Below are positions 63,999 to 64,000 of a stretch of 64,000 nt of DNA, one piece after another. The notes under the pieces were generated by a model. That model searched no databases. It was not told the origin of the DNA and saw only the letters and a list, made by a program, of their open reading frames with translations. The position numbers and the translations under genes are program-made. Position 1 is the stretch's first letter. Each line of letters starts with the position of its first letter. Source of the stretch: a virus; the IMG/VR virus record IMGVR_UViG_3300033145_000192, positions 64,001-128,000 of that record; one strand, 5' to 3'.

Positions 63999-64000
63999 AA

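Noticed and set aside
1-64000. CRISPR arrays, tRNAs, rRNA, integrase, transposases, tail sheath
   Set aside because: None was recognised; intergenic gaps are under about 100 nt and are explained by RBS, promoters or hairpins. A tRNAscan run would be needed for certainty.

Overview
This window is a 64-kb piece of a large tailed dsDNA bacteriophage genome, probably a siphovirus (tail tube and a very long tape measure, no sheath gene). Essentially all real genes are on the minus strand, tightly packed with ATGA/TAATG overlaps and GGAG ribosome-binding sites; the plus-strand ORFs are antisense shadows. In transcription order (right to left) there are three blocks. (1) ~64000-38250: head-completion/neck genes, tail tube, two paralogous chaperone-like genes, a ~2460-codon tape measure interrupted by a one-base frameshift, and four large tail-tip/fibre genes. 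(2) ~38160-23780: a replication/nucleotide operon with its own sigma70-type promoter (MazG-like, RecA, DnaB, DnaG, 5'-deoxynucleotidase, DUF5664 pyrophosphatase, ThyX, Cas4/AddB-like nuclease, dUTPase, thymidine kinase, SSB, mini-sigma). Its DnaE polymerase is split into two intein-free genes 1.75 kb apart. (3) ~23800-1: a ~23-kb glycan-building cluster with ~9 glycosyltransferases, 6 nucleotide-sugar enzymes, 5 methyltransferases (one TylF), 4 sulfotransferase-like genes, a membrane-anchored APS kinase and a membrane-anchored trypsin-like protease, ending in a type II glutamine synthetase that the ORF track missed. Highlights are a phage-encoded system that could build a sulfated, O-methylated glycan with no export machinery in view, the split DnaE, and the apparent absence of GATC and GTAC. 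All family assignments come from motif recognition by eye; no database searches were run.
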